A stretch of 64,000 nucleotides of DNA, from IMG/VR virus record IMGVR_UViG_3300008108_000013. One strand, given 5' to 3'. Origin of the DNA: a virus. Its lineage: Duplodnaviria; Heunggongvirae; Uroviricota; Caudoviricetes. Each line of letters opens with the position of its first letter. Within the stretch, counting starts at the first letter, position 1. The translations under genes were made by a program, and so were the position numbers. The notes under the pieces are model-generated. The model had not been told where the DNA came from, did no database searches, and saw only the letters and a program-made list of their open reading frames with translations. Below, piece by piece: positions 18,863-27,701 of this stretch.

Positions 18863-18963
18863 TAAAACGCTTCGCGTTCATGATGTTTGTTGATTATTAT
18901 CTAAGATCTAAAAAAGCTCGAGCGATAGCGAAGAGCAGATTGACGTAGTCAATCTGATAATAG

Positions 18964-18971
18964 TATAAATA
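18964..18971 (+). promoter_or_regulatory. T4 late promoter TATAAATA
   Basis: Exact T4 consensus 18 nt upstream of the ATG at 18990, with a GAGGA RBS. Confidence 0.85.
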
Positions 18972-18989
18972 TTGAACTGCGAGGAATAT

Positions 18990-19880
18990 ATGCGAGTTAC
19001 TGAAATCATTTCTGAAGATCTTAATGAAAATGCTAAACGAAAGGCATGGCAAAAGTTTAGCGGTCTATTCATGGGCATGAGTCGTAAAGATTTAGTAGAA
19101 AAATTGGCCAAACAGTGGGCTGATGATATTGAGAATGCAGTATCTAGAGGTGTTCCAGCACGTTTATCATCACCTTCTAAAATCATTCCGGAAAAATTCC
19201 GCGGAGATAGCACTATCCTTTCCGATGCACGTAATTTGGCTAATAGGATGGTAGCACAAAAAGTTGGTGGATCTATGCTAAAGGGATGGAATCAGTTATC
19301 CCCATGGATCACAAGTTTAGGTTTAGGATATTCTTTTTATAATCTGGTTACAGGTATCTATGAAGATGCTGGCAAATATCAAGGTGCTGATTTCCAAGCG
19401 GCTGCTCAGGTTAGAATTGATCGATTTGTCGCAGAAGCTGTTACTATAATAACAGTTCCTATTGCAACAAAGATTTTAAAATTACCTACAGGATTCCAAA
19501 GTTGGTTTGGCTGGATACCCGGTGTTACTGCTGTAACTAACGCTCTTGCCGCATTAAGCCCAACAGCAAACATAGCACTACAGGGCTGGCTAGCCACAGA
19601 CGAAGGCCGTAAAGCAGTGGCAGAATTTCTTGTTTACAACTCTTTTGCTAATTCATTCTTACAACCAGTACGTGCTTGGATTGGCGGTTGGGTTAAACAA
19701 AAAACTCAACCACTGATCGATAAGATACAAGACTTTAAAGATCCAGCGGGTGCCGCAGGCCGCCAGCCTGAACGCGATCAACGAGCTGCCGCGCAAGCAC
19801 AGCGTGATGCAGATGCAGAAATAAAATGGGATCCAAAAACAGATCCCCTCAACAAACCAACACCAGTTAATCCTAGATAA
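18990..19880 (+). CDS. Hypothetical late protein, possible internal head/ejected protein
   Basis: Start reassigned to MRVTEIISE (RBS plus late promoter). Contains hydrophobic helical segments. Confidence 0.6.
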   Translation: MRVTEIISEDLNENAKRKAWQKFSGLFMGMSRKDLVEKLAKQWADDIENAVSRGVPARLSSPSKIIPEKFRGDSTILSDARNLANRMVAQKVGGSMLKGWNQLSPWITSLGLGYSFYNLVTGIYEDAGKYQGADFQAAAQVRIDRFVAEAVTIITVPIATKILKLPTGFQSWFGWIPGVTAVTNALAALSPTANIALQGWLATDEGRKAVAEFLVYNSFANSFLQPVRAWIGGWVKQKTQPLIDKIQDFKDPAGAAGRQPERDQRAAAQAQRDADAEIKWDPKTDPLNKPTPVNPR

Positions 19881-20088
19881 GAGGCATTTTAGTTTCTTTG
19901 GTCATGTCGATGTTTTCTTTGATCACAGAATAGAAACTGTCTCGATCATCGGCTGAATAGACATGCAGTAACTCTTGTACTGTTACACCGCCTCTCATGT
20001 ACCAACTTATTCTTGATAATTCGTTTTTAAATTCTTGTATTTCTTTATCTAGCCTAATTAGATATGTTTCAATGTCCGAGGCAGACAT
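19873..20088 (-). CDS. Small tail-assembly chaperone partner (gp51/lambda-T-like), probably the frameshift extension of the upstream gene
   Basis: WYMRGG..ELL..S.DDR...IKENI..TK. Lies in the -1 frame of the upstream gp26-like gene with no stop between the slippery site and its ATG. Confidence 0.7.
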   Translation of the reverse strand: MSASDIETYLIRLDKEIQEFKNELSRISWYMRGGVTVQELLHVYSADDRDSFYSVIKENIDMTKETKMPLI

Positions 20089-20093
20089 CCTAA

Positions 20094-20921
20094 TTAGGCT
20101 TTGGCGAAAAAATTTGCTTGGTCAAGCTCGATAAGCAGATTATCCTCAGTACTGCAATTAGCACAGGTAACATGTTGTCTAGGAATAGTCCATTTATTTC
20201 TGTTATCTTCTAGATGTTTCTGTAGTTGATCAATAATTTCGACATCAGCATTTTCTAAAAATTCTTTGATATAAGTTTTTTCGATAACAGTTGCTCCGCC
20301 TGCTTCTATGCTATCTATTTGTGCAGTAAAAGCGTTAATACGCAGTTTGCCCAGTGCTACAAATACTTCTTCCATTAATTTTTTCTTTTCAGCATCGATG
20401 TCAATTAGGCTAATTTGATTAGCCTGTTGTTGTATTTGGAAATTTTCTAATCCGAACTCTGAGCTTTGTTTGTAAGTTAACGGTCTTGTTTTGATTAACA
20501 TATCTTTTAACACAAGAGTATCTTCGTATGCACAGCTACCGAAGTGATCGATAAATGTATTAAGATTAATAGTATAATCGTTTTCTGTTCCACAGTTTTT
20601 ACAAACATTTTTAACAGACAGTTCATTACCAAAAGTAGCAATACGGATAGCAGTTAACAATAGATCTGTATCTATAATTGACACATCCCACGGATCTGTT
20701 AGTGTTGGACAGCAACTTTGGAAAATCCTTACGGTACTTTCTCCGGATAATAGCGCATCTGGAGTTTTAAGTATGATCTCATCCATACCGGTCATGCCGT
20801 AGATTGGCATGCGATTTATATCCCCAGATACTGTATTAGGCTTATTAAAAATACCTTTGCTAGGCAGGCCAACATAGATCTTTGGTTGTCTAAAAAACTG
20901 CTGTAATGGATTTGTGGTCAT
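20094..20921 (-). CDS. gp26: Baseplate hub assembly chaperone gp26-like
   Basis: NPLQQFFRQPKIYVGLPSKG, MTGMDE..LKTPDALLSG, D.D.LL.AIRIATFG, two CxxC pairs and a C-terminal NFF. Adjacent to the tape measure gene. Confidence 0.75.
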   Translation of the reverse strand: MTTNPLQQFFRQPKIYVGLPSKGIFNKPNTVSGDINRMPIYGMTGMDEIILKTPDALLSGESTVRIFQSCCPTLTDPWDVSIIDTDLLLTAIRIATFGNELSVKNVCKNCGTENDYTINLNTFIDHFGSCAYEDTLVLKDMLIKTRPLTYKQSSEFGLENFQIQQQANQISLIDIDAEKKKLMEEVFVALGKLRINAFTAQIDSIEAGGATVIEKTYIKEFLENADVEIIDQLQKHLEDNRNKWTIPRQHVTCANCSTEDNLLIELDQANFFAKA

Positions 20922-20933
20922 ATTTTACTCCGG

Positions 20934-20962
20934 ATAAATATTTGTGAACTCGTGTATTTATA
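20934..20962. promoter_or_regulatory. Pair of opposed late promoters (ATAAATA + at 20934-40; TATAAATA - at 20955-62)
   Basis: Both motifs lie in the 66-nt gap between the divergent gp26 and tape measure genes. Confidence 0.7.
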
Positions 20963-20987
20963 TACGCATATTTCTTGGATTTTTTAA

Positions 20988-22994
20988 ATGGCTGACCCTT
21001 CTGCTTCCGATATTAGTTCGTTAAAAACATCAATTGACGCTCTTACTGTTTCTGTTAAAAATATGGGAGGATTTCAACTGCCTTCTGTGGGTACAGTTAT
21101 CAGCGGAACTGTAGGATCACTGACTAAACTAACTTCAGGTACTTTTGGACTAAGTGATGCTCTAGAGCTTACTACTAAGGCGTTTAACGTCTTCCCTGTT
21201 GTTGGCGGAGTAATGGGCGATGTACTAGGAAAAGTAGGTCGCACAGGTATTGAATTTAATAATGTTTTAAAAGACGTTTCTAAGAGCGGTATGAACTTTG
21301 GCCTAGATATGGGCCTAATGGTTAATTCGATCACTGGTGCTAGAATGAGCTTGCCTGAGTTTCAGGCAATGGTCAAAGAAAACAGCGTAGCATTAAAAGG
21401 TCTTGCTGGCGATGCCGCAGGTAGCGGATTGAGATTTTTAGCATTTGCTAAAGATGTACAAGAATCAAACCTAGGAAGAGAATTAAAAGCCACAGGAGTA
21501 GGTGCTGACGAACTTAACAAAGCGTTAGGAATATCAACTTCTATACGCAGAGGCTCAGATCTTACTACAAAAGAATCTAACATAGCAGTAGTTGAGAGTG
21601 CTCTTTCTCTAGCTAGAGAAATGGATAACGTTGCTCGACTAACAGGAATAAGTCGACAAGAGCAAGAAAAAGCTGTGCAAGCACAACTGCGTAAGAATGA
21701 AGTAGAAATTGCTCTCATGGCTATGGATGAAGACCAAAGAGAAGCATACCTAAAAGGAACTGCCTCTCTCAGCGCATTTGGTAAAGATGCCCAAGACGTG
21801 TTTACTGCTTTTAAAACTGGAGGATTAAGGACCGCTGAAGATTCTATGAAGGCTGCGGCTCTAGGTCCAGAGTTTACGAGATTAATTAGAGAACTTTCTG
21901 AAATCGAAGGCAACGATGATGAAGCTAATCGCCGCCGAAAAGCAGTTATGGAGGCAATGGATGCTGAAACCCTACGTCTAGCAAACAATAAAGAAGAATT
22001 AAGAATTCGTGCCGCTCAGGTAACTGCAGGGGGAGAATGGGGACAAGCACAAGGACGAGTAATTGTTGGCATGAAAGACTATGCTACAGCACTTCAACAG
22101 ATACAGAGAGATGGTCTTCGAGCAGGCGAAACTATAGAACAGGCTAAAGCTAGAATTATAAAAGAAATAGAAGATCAACGCAGAGCCGCTCGTACAGGCG
22201 AAGTTTCACCTGAACAAATGGCGGCCACTGTTATTAATAGGACAGAAGATCTGTTTAAAGATATCAGTGCAGGGGTAGGTACAGCATTTGATGCGGCAAA
22301 TAAAAAAGCATTCGGATTGCGTGATGCTTTTCAAGCAGTAAGCGACAAATTAACACCTATTACCCAAGCCAGTAGTGCCCAACTTGGTCGTGCTGTATAT
22401 GACAAAATAACCGCAGTCGGTGAAGGCAACAGAGAAGCGATTGAAACTAGTACAAATCCTGAGATTAGCGGATCAAACGAAGCAGAAGCACAGAGAAGAA
22501 GTAAACTCGGAAACGTAGGCCGAGAAGCATTCGGATCAAAGGATGTTTTTGGAGATTGGTTTAGCGGCCCTTTAAACAGATTATCATTTCTAGCTGAAAG
22601 AGAAGAAGAAGCTAGCGTTCCTTGGAGTAAACGATCACAGTTTATAACAGATATTGCCAGAGATGATCCTAGCGTACTTGCACCATTAATGAAAGAAATG
22701 CAATCATCGTTAGCCAGTGCATCTACATCCAGCGCCGACAGTATCAAAGGTTTAATGACTGAAATCATGAATACCGTTCCTACTTTAGTATCCGGTGGCG
22801 GATCTACCGCGTCTAATATTGCTAACTCAGTTGCAGGAAGCACAGCAATAGACAGCGGAACGGAAATTCAGATCGAGATGGTGAAAGGCATTAATAACTT
22901 AAATAAACTAACCGCCCAACTAATCGAAACAGTAGAATCGACCGGGTCAAGTACCGCAAAAGCAATTAAAAGTAAAGGCAATTTAATAGCCTAA
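20988..22994 (+). CDS. Putative tail tape measure protein (gp29-like)
   Basis: 668 aa, Ala/Gly/Ser-rich and helical (LAREMDNVARLTGISRQEQ), next to the tail chaperones. Confidence 0.65.
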   Translation: MADPSASDISSLKTSIDALTVSVKNMGGFQLPSVGTVISGTVGSLTKLTSGTFGLSDALELTTKAFNVFPVVGGVMGDVLGKVGRTGIEFNNVLKDVSKSGMNFGLDMGLMVNSITGARMSLPEFQAMVKENSVALKGLAGDAAGSGLRFLAFAKDVQESNLGRELKATGVGADELNKALGISTSIRRGSDLTTKESNIAVVESALSLAREMDNVARLTGISRQEQEKAVQAQLRKNEVEIALMAMDEDQREAYLKGTASLSAFGKDAQDVFTAFKTGGLRTAEDSMKAAALGPEFTRLIRELSEIEGNDDEANRRRKAVMEAMDAETLRLANNKEELRIRAAQVTAGGEWGQAQGRVIVGMKDYATALQQIQRDGLRAGETIEQAKARIIKEIEDQRRAARTGEVSPEQMAATVINRTEDLFKDISAGVGTAFDAANKKAFGLRDAFQAVSDKLTPITQASSAQLGRAVYDKITAVGEGNREAIETSTNPEISGSNEAEAQRRSKLGNVGREAFGSKDVFGDWFSGPLNRLSFLAEREEEASVPWSKRSQFITDIARDDPSVLAPLMKEMQSSLASASTSSADSIKGLMTEIMNTVPTLVSGGGSTASNIANSVAGSTAIDSGTEIQIEMVKGINNLNKLTAQLIETVESTGSSTAKAIKSKGNLIA

Positions 22995-23002
22995 GGATTA
23001 AT

Positions 23003-24724
23003 ATGAGCTGGAAAAAATATTTCACACCAGTACCGACTGTATCAAATTTAAGTCCAATTTCTGGAAATTCTTCATCGCGACCAGGACCGGCTGCTACAAA
23101 TTATTCCAGCTACTTGCCAGACGTTTATACCGGTAGTCCAAACCGTGTTGAACGTTATCAACAGTACGAAGTGATGGATTCAGATCCCGAAGTTAACGCG
23201 GCTCTAGATATTCTAGCAGAGTTTTCTACACAAAAGTTAAAGGACGGTAAAACTCCTTTTACAGTTCAATGGCGACATAAAGCAACTAATTCAGAAATAA
23301 GAATTTTAGGTGAATATCTACAGCAATGGTGCAGAATACAACAGTTTGATGTTCGTATTTTCCGTATGATGCGTAACACATTCAAGTACGGTGATGCTTT
23401 TTTTATTCGAGATCCAGAAACACAAAAGTGGAGCTATATCGATCCTAGTAAAATTGTAAAAATTATTGTTAACGAAAGTGAAGGCAAAAAACCCGAGCAA
23501 TATGTAGTTAAAGATCTTGCACCTAATTTTGAGAGCCTTGTTGTAACACAGATTACACCTAACATTAATCCTAGACAAGGAACAGGCGGTATGGCTGGCA
23601 GCGGAGGATATGGAGCGATTGGCGGAACTATGCCTAAGAGCAACGCATATCCTACTAGTAATACTGGACGGTTTGGTACTAGCGAAACTGAATATGCAAT
23701 CAACGCAGAACATGTAGTTCATCTTAGTCTTTCAGAAGGATTAGATAACAATTTTCCGTTTGGCAACAGTTTATTAGAAAATATTTTTAAAGTCTACAAG
23801 CAGAAAGAACTGCTTGAAGACGCTATCTTAATCTATCGTATTCAACGTGCTCCAGAGCGCAGGGTGTTTCACATTGATGTAGGTAACATGCCAAGCCACA
23901 TGGCTATGGCCTTTGTTGAAAGGGTTAAAAATGAAATCCATCAGCGTCGTATCCCTAGCCAAACAGGCGGCGGTCAAAACGTTATTGATAGCGCATATAA
24001 TCCGTTGTCAATTAACGAAGATTATTTTTTCCCACAAACCGCAGAGGGACGTGGATCCAAAGTTGAGACCCTGCCTGGAGGGACGAATCTCGGTGAAATC
24101 GACGATTTAAAATACTTCACAAACAAGCTATTCCGCGGCCTACGAATTCCATCAAGCTATCTGCCAACAGGTGCAGACGATAGCCAAGCATCATATAATG
24201 ACGGTCGTGTTGGCACAGCATATATTCAAGAACTGCGTTTTAACAAGTATTGCGAACGTCTACAAGCATTAGTAACTAGTGTATTTGACGAAGAATTTAA
24301 ACTGTTTATGTATCAAAGAGGTGTTAATATTGACGCTAGTCTCTTTGAATTAAAGTTTAATCCGCCGTTAAATTTTGCAAGTAGTCGTCAGGCTGCTATG
24401 GATACTGAACGCATTAATACGTTCAATACTGTACAGGCATTGCCTTTTATGTCAAAACGATTCGCTATGAAGCGTTATCTAAATTTAACCGACGACGAGA
24501 TAGCAGAAAACGAACGTATGTGGGCAGAAGAAAACGGCAAAGGACAACCAACTTATACTGACTCTGCTGGCGAATTACGCTCAGCTGGTCTTAGTGCCGC
24601 AGGTATTGAAGGTGATCTAGGTATGGCAGGTGACCTTGGAGGTGATGAAGGTATTGAACCTTTAGATGCTGGCTCTGAACCAGTAGCACCTGCGACACCT
24701 GCCGGAACGGTACCTCCCGCATAA
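23003..24724 (+). CDS. gp20: Portal protein gp20
   Basis: LLEDAILIYRIQRAPERRVFHIDVGNMP, EDYFFP..EGRGSKVETLPGG.NLGEIDDLKYF..KL...LRIPSS. Confidence 0.95.
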   Translation: MSWKKYFTPVPTVSNLSPISGNSSSRPGPAATNYSSYLPDVYTGSPNRVERYQQYEVMDSDPEVNAALDILAEFSTQKLKDGKTPFTVQWRHKATNSEIRILGEYLQQWCRIQQFDVRIFRMMRNTFKYGDAFFIRDPETQKWSYIDPSKIVKIIVNESEGKKPEQYVVKDLAPNFESLVVTQITPNINPRQGTGGMAGSGGYGAIGGTMPKSNAYPTSNTGRFGTSETEYAINAEHVVHLSLSEGLDNNFPFGNSLLENIFKVYKQKELLEDAILIYRIQRAPERRVFHIDVGNMPSHMAMAFVERVKNEIHQRRIPSQTGGGQNVIDSAYNPLSINEDYFFPQTAEGRGSKVETLPGGTNLGEIDDLKYFTNKLFRGLRIPSSYLPTGADDSQASYNDGRVGTAYIQELRFNKYCERLQALVTSVFDEEFKLFMYQRGVNIDASLFELKFNPPLNFASSRQAAMDTERINTFNTVQALPFMSKRFAMKRYLNLTDDEIAENERMWAEENGKGQPTYTDSAGELRSAGLSAAGIEGDLGMAGDLGGDEGIEPLDAGSEPVAPATPAGTVPPA

Positions 24725-24732
24725 ATATTAAT

Positions 24733-24972
24733 ATGATACTTCGCGAATTATTTTATATTGATCCTGATACTCGCCGCACAGCTAACGACTTTCGTTACTC
24801 AGCGGATCGCGATATCACCACTATGCATCGTGACGATACACGAAAAACACGTCTAACATTAAGACAACTCAACGAATTACGTAAGAGCAGTGAAGCACAC
24901 ATTTTAGAACAAGAGAGAGAATTAGCGTTTATTAGCGACATGTATAAACCTCAAATGGCTCCTACTGCATAA
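24733..24972 (+). CDS. Small hypothetical protein (head-assembly region)
   Basis: 79-aa ORF between portal and core genes (DTRKTRLTLRQLNELRK), preceded by ATAAATA at 24721-27. Confidence 0.7.
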   Translation: MILRELFYIDPDTRRTANDFRYSADRDITTMHRDDTRKTRLTLRQLNELRKSSEAHILEQERELAFISDMYKPQMAPTA

Positions 24973-25096
24973 ATACGCCATCAAATTATATTAAAAGACT
25001 GTGAAAACAGTCTATTTTTACGCCATTATAACTCGGTTTTTTATAATATATGTAAATATAATACAGCCTTGTCATCATATCACAGGAGATTAAAAC

Positions 25097-25948
25097 ATGA
25101 CTGATCGTAAACAATTTGAAGCCATGCTAGAGGCTTTGATCAACGAAGATCAAGAAACAGCAAAGGACATTTTCCATAATATCGTAGTTGCAAAAAGCCG
25201 CGAAATTTATGAAGAGCTATTAAGCGAAGACTTTGATTTAGAAGAAGCTAAAGACGAAGACGAAGAAGAAGCAAAACGTAAAAAAGACCAAGAAGAAGTA
25301 GATGAGTCTTTTGACGAAGCAGCCGACGACGAAGCCGATATGGGCGACGAAGAAGGTGAGGAAGGGGATGAAGGCGATGTAGGTGGCGATGCTACTGACG
25401 ATTTAGTCGGTGACGTTTCCGATGATGCTGGATCCGAAGAAGGCGACATGAGCGATGAAGAACAATCAGATCGTATTCTTGACCTAGAAGATGCTTTAGA
25501 AGAATTAAAAGCAGAATTTGAACAACTAATGGCAGGCGAAGGCGAACCAGAAGGCGACATGGGTGCTGATATAGGTGCTGACATGGGCGGCGATAACATG
25601 GACGACATGCTTGCTAAAGAAATGGGTGCTATGCCAGTAATGGAATACAAGCACAAAGTAACAGCAAAAATGGGTGACAACGGTGCAAACGCCAAGTCAG
25701 TCGTAGCTGGTAAGAACGATATGGGCGGTACAACTGCTAATATCGCAAAGGGCGGTACAGAGCCTGACAGTTCTAGTACAAAAGGTGGTTTACTAAATCC
25801 TTCTACTAAAGAAGATAACGCAGGTAACGTAAATGTTCCAGGCGGAAATAAAGTAAAACTAAGCCCAGTTAGCGGTGGTCACGGTGCTGAGAAAAAAGGC
25901 AAAGGTGAATCTGCTGATAACAAGAAGTCGATCATTGGTGGCAAGTAA
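25097..25948 (+). CDS. Acidic prohead core protein (gp67/gp68-like position)
   Basis: Extremely D/E-rich, located before the protease, with a CAGGAG RBS and upstream (A/G)TAAATA boxes at 24969 and 25052. Confidence 0.6.
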   Translation: MTDRKQFEAMLEALINEDQETAKDIFHNIVVAKSREIYEELLSEDFDLEEAKDEDEEEAKRKKDQEEVDESFDEAADDEADMGDEEGEEGDEGDVGGDATDDLVGDVSDDAGSEEGDMSDEEQSDRILDLEDALEELKAEFEQLMAGEGEPEGDMGADIGADMGGDNMDDMLAKEMGAMPVMEYKHKVTAKMGDNGANAKSVVAGKNDMGGTTANIAKGGTEPDSSSTKGGLLNPSTKEDNAGNVNVPGGNKVKLSPVSGGHGAEKKGKGESADNKKSIIGGK

Positions 25949-25952
25949 TTAG

Positions 25953-26579
25953 ATGTTATACCTCCGAGAAAACCTGAGCTTTGATCAAGCTAAAATCGTC
26001 GTTGAATCTGACGACAAAGAGGGTAAAAACTTATACATGTCCGGAATTTGTATTCAGGGCGGTATAAGAAACGCTAACCAGCGTGTTTATCCTGTGGGCG
26101 AAATTGGCAGGGCTGTCAAAACCCTTAACGATCAGATTCAGAACGGTTACTCAGTTCTTGGAGAAGTAGATCACCCTGATGATTTAAAAATTAATTTGGA
26201 TCGTGTATCGCATATGATAGTTAATATGTGGATGGACGGTCCAAATGGTTACGGTAAGTTGAAGATATTACCTACACCAATGGGACAACTAATTCGCACC
26301 ATGCTTGAAAGTGGTGTGAAATTAGGCGTAAGTAGTCGCGGATCCGGAAACGTCAAACCAGACGGTTCCGGTGAAGTATCGGATTTTGAGATTATCACTG
26401 TAGATATGGTAGCTCAACCTAGTGCCCCCGGAGCATACCCCACACCAATTTATGAACACCTGATGAACAGTCGCGGTGGTTATAGTGCTTTCCGTATAGC
26501 GGAAGAGGTGCGTGGCGATCCTAAAGCACAACAATATCTCAAAGAGAGCCTATTAGGAATAATAGGCAAACTCCAATAA
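25953..26579 (+). CDS. gp21: Prohead maturation protease gp21
   Basis: NANQRVYP, GEVDHP, VSHMI, LGVSSRGSG, DMVAQPSAPGAY. Confidence 0.95.
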   Translation: MLYLRENLSFDQAKIVVESDDKEGKNLYMSGICIQGGIRNANQRVYPVGEIGRAVKTLNDQIQNGYSVLGEVDHPDDLKINLDRVSHMIVNMWMDGPNGYGKLKILPTPMGQLIRTMLESGVKLGVSSRGSGNVKPDGSGEVSDFEIITVDMVAQPSAPGAYPTPIYEHLMNSRGGYSAFRIAEEVRGDPKAQQYLKESLLGIIGKLQ

Positions 26580-26592
26580 CAAGGAGAATCAC

Positions 26593-27690
26593 ATGTTGGA
26601 TGCACTAAAAACTTTATTTGAAAACAATGTGATTTCTGAGGAGATCAAGCAGTCAATTGAGCAGGCTTGGGAAGCGAGAATCACTGAGAATCGCGAACAA
26701 GTTTCTGCACAACTACGCGAAGAGTTTGCACAAAAATACGAACACGACAAAGAAACTATGATTGAAGCTGTTGATCGCATGATCACAGATCGTCTATCAG
26801 AAGAACTTGTTGAGTTTGCCGACGATCGTAAGCAATTAGCTGAGATGAAGGCAAAGTATGCTGTCAAGATGAAAGCAGATAGTAACCTAATGAAGGAATT
26901 CGTTACACGTCAACTGTCAGCAGAAGTCAAAGAATTACACGAAGATCAAGTCGTAATGGCTGATAAATTCGGTAAACTAGAACAATTCGTTGTAGAGGCT
27001 CTAGCTCAAGAAATTACAGAGTTTTACAAAGATAAGCAAGACTTGGCTGAAACCAAGGTTCGTTTAGTTCGCGAAGGTCGCGAACAACTCGCTAAAGTTA
27101 AGCAACAGTTTGTAGAGCGTGCCGCTAAGATGGTTGAATCAGTAGTAACAGAGAACCTACGTTCTGAAATTACTTCACTGAAGGAAGACATCGAAGCCGC
27201 TCGTCGCGCAGATTTTGGACGTAAGTTATTCGAAGCTTTTGCTTCTGAATATCAGTCTAGCTACTTAAACGAGAAATCAGAAACTGCTAAATTACTCAAG
27301 GTCATAGACACGAAAGATCTAGCTGTCCAAGAAGCTGCCAAAGCTATCGAGGAAGCTCAACAGATAGTAGAAAGTAAAGAAGCAGAAATTGCGGCTTTGA
27401 AAGAAGCTCAAGAACGCAAAGAAATCATGAGTGAGTTGCTTGCTCCGTTAAATTCAGAGCAACGCGAAATCATGGGTGAGTTAATGGAGAGCGTGAAAAC
27501 CTCTAAACTCAACGAGAGTTTTGAGAAGTATCTACCAGCAGTTATTGCCGGTAAAGCTCCGCAGAAGAAACAGGCACTTGTAGAGGCTAAAGAAATTACA
27601 GGTAATAAAGAGATTACCAACGCAAATCGTAGCGGCGAGAACGATTCAAACATTGTTGATATTCGTCGTCTCGCTGGACTAAAAATTTAA
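26593..27690 (+). CDS. gp22: Prohead core scaffold protein gp22
   Basis: Long acidic coiled coil between the protease and the major capsid gene. Confidence 0.85.
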   Translation: MLDALKTLFENNVISEEIKQSIEQAWEARITENREQVSAQLREEFAQKYEHDKETMIEAVDRMITDRLSEELVEFADDRKQLAEMKAKYAVKMKADSNLMKEFVTRQLSAEVKELHEDQVVMADKFGKLEQFVVEALAQEITEFYKDKQDLAETKVRLVREGREQLAKVKQQFVERAAKMVESVVTENLRSEITSLKEDIEAARRADFGRKLFEAFASEYQSSYLNEKSETAKLLKVIDTKDLAVQEAAKAIEEAQQIVESKEAEIAALKEAQERKEIMSELLAPLNSEQREIMGELMESVKTSKLNESFEKYLPAVIAGKAPQKKQALVEAKEITGNKEITNANRSGENDSNIVDIRRLAGLKI

Positions 27691-27701
27691 GGAGAAATTA
27701 A

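Noticed and set aside
25300-25630. GAY-ATG-GGY (DMG) repeats in the acidic core gene as a DNA repeat element
   Set aside because: Low-complexity protein sequence typical of prohead core proteins, not a regular nucleotide array.
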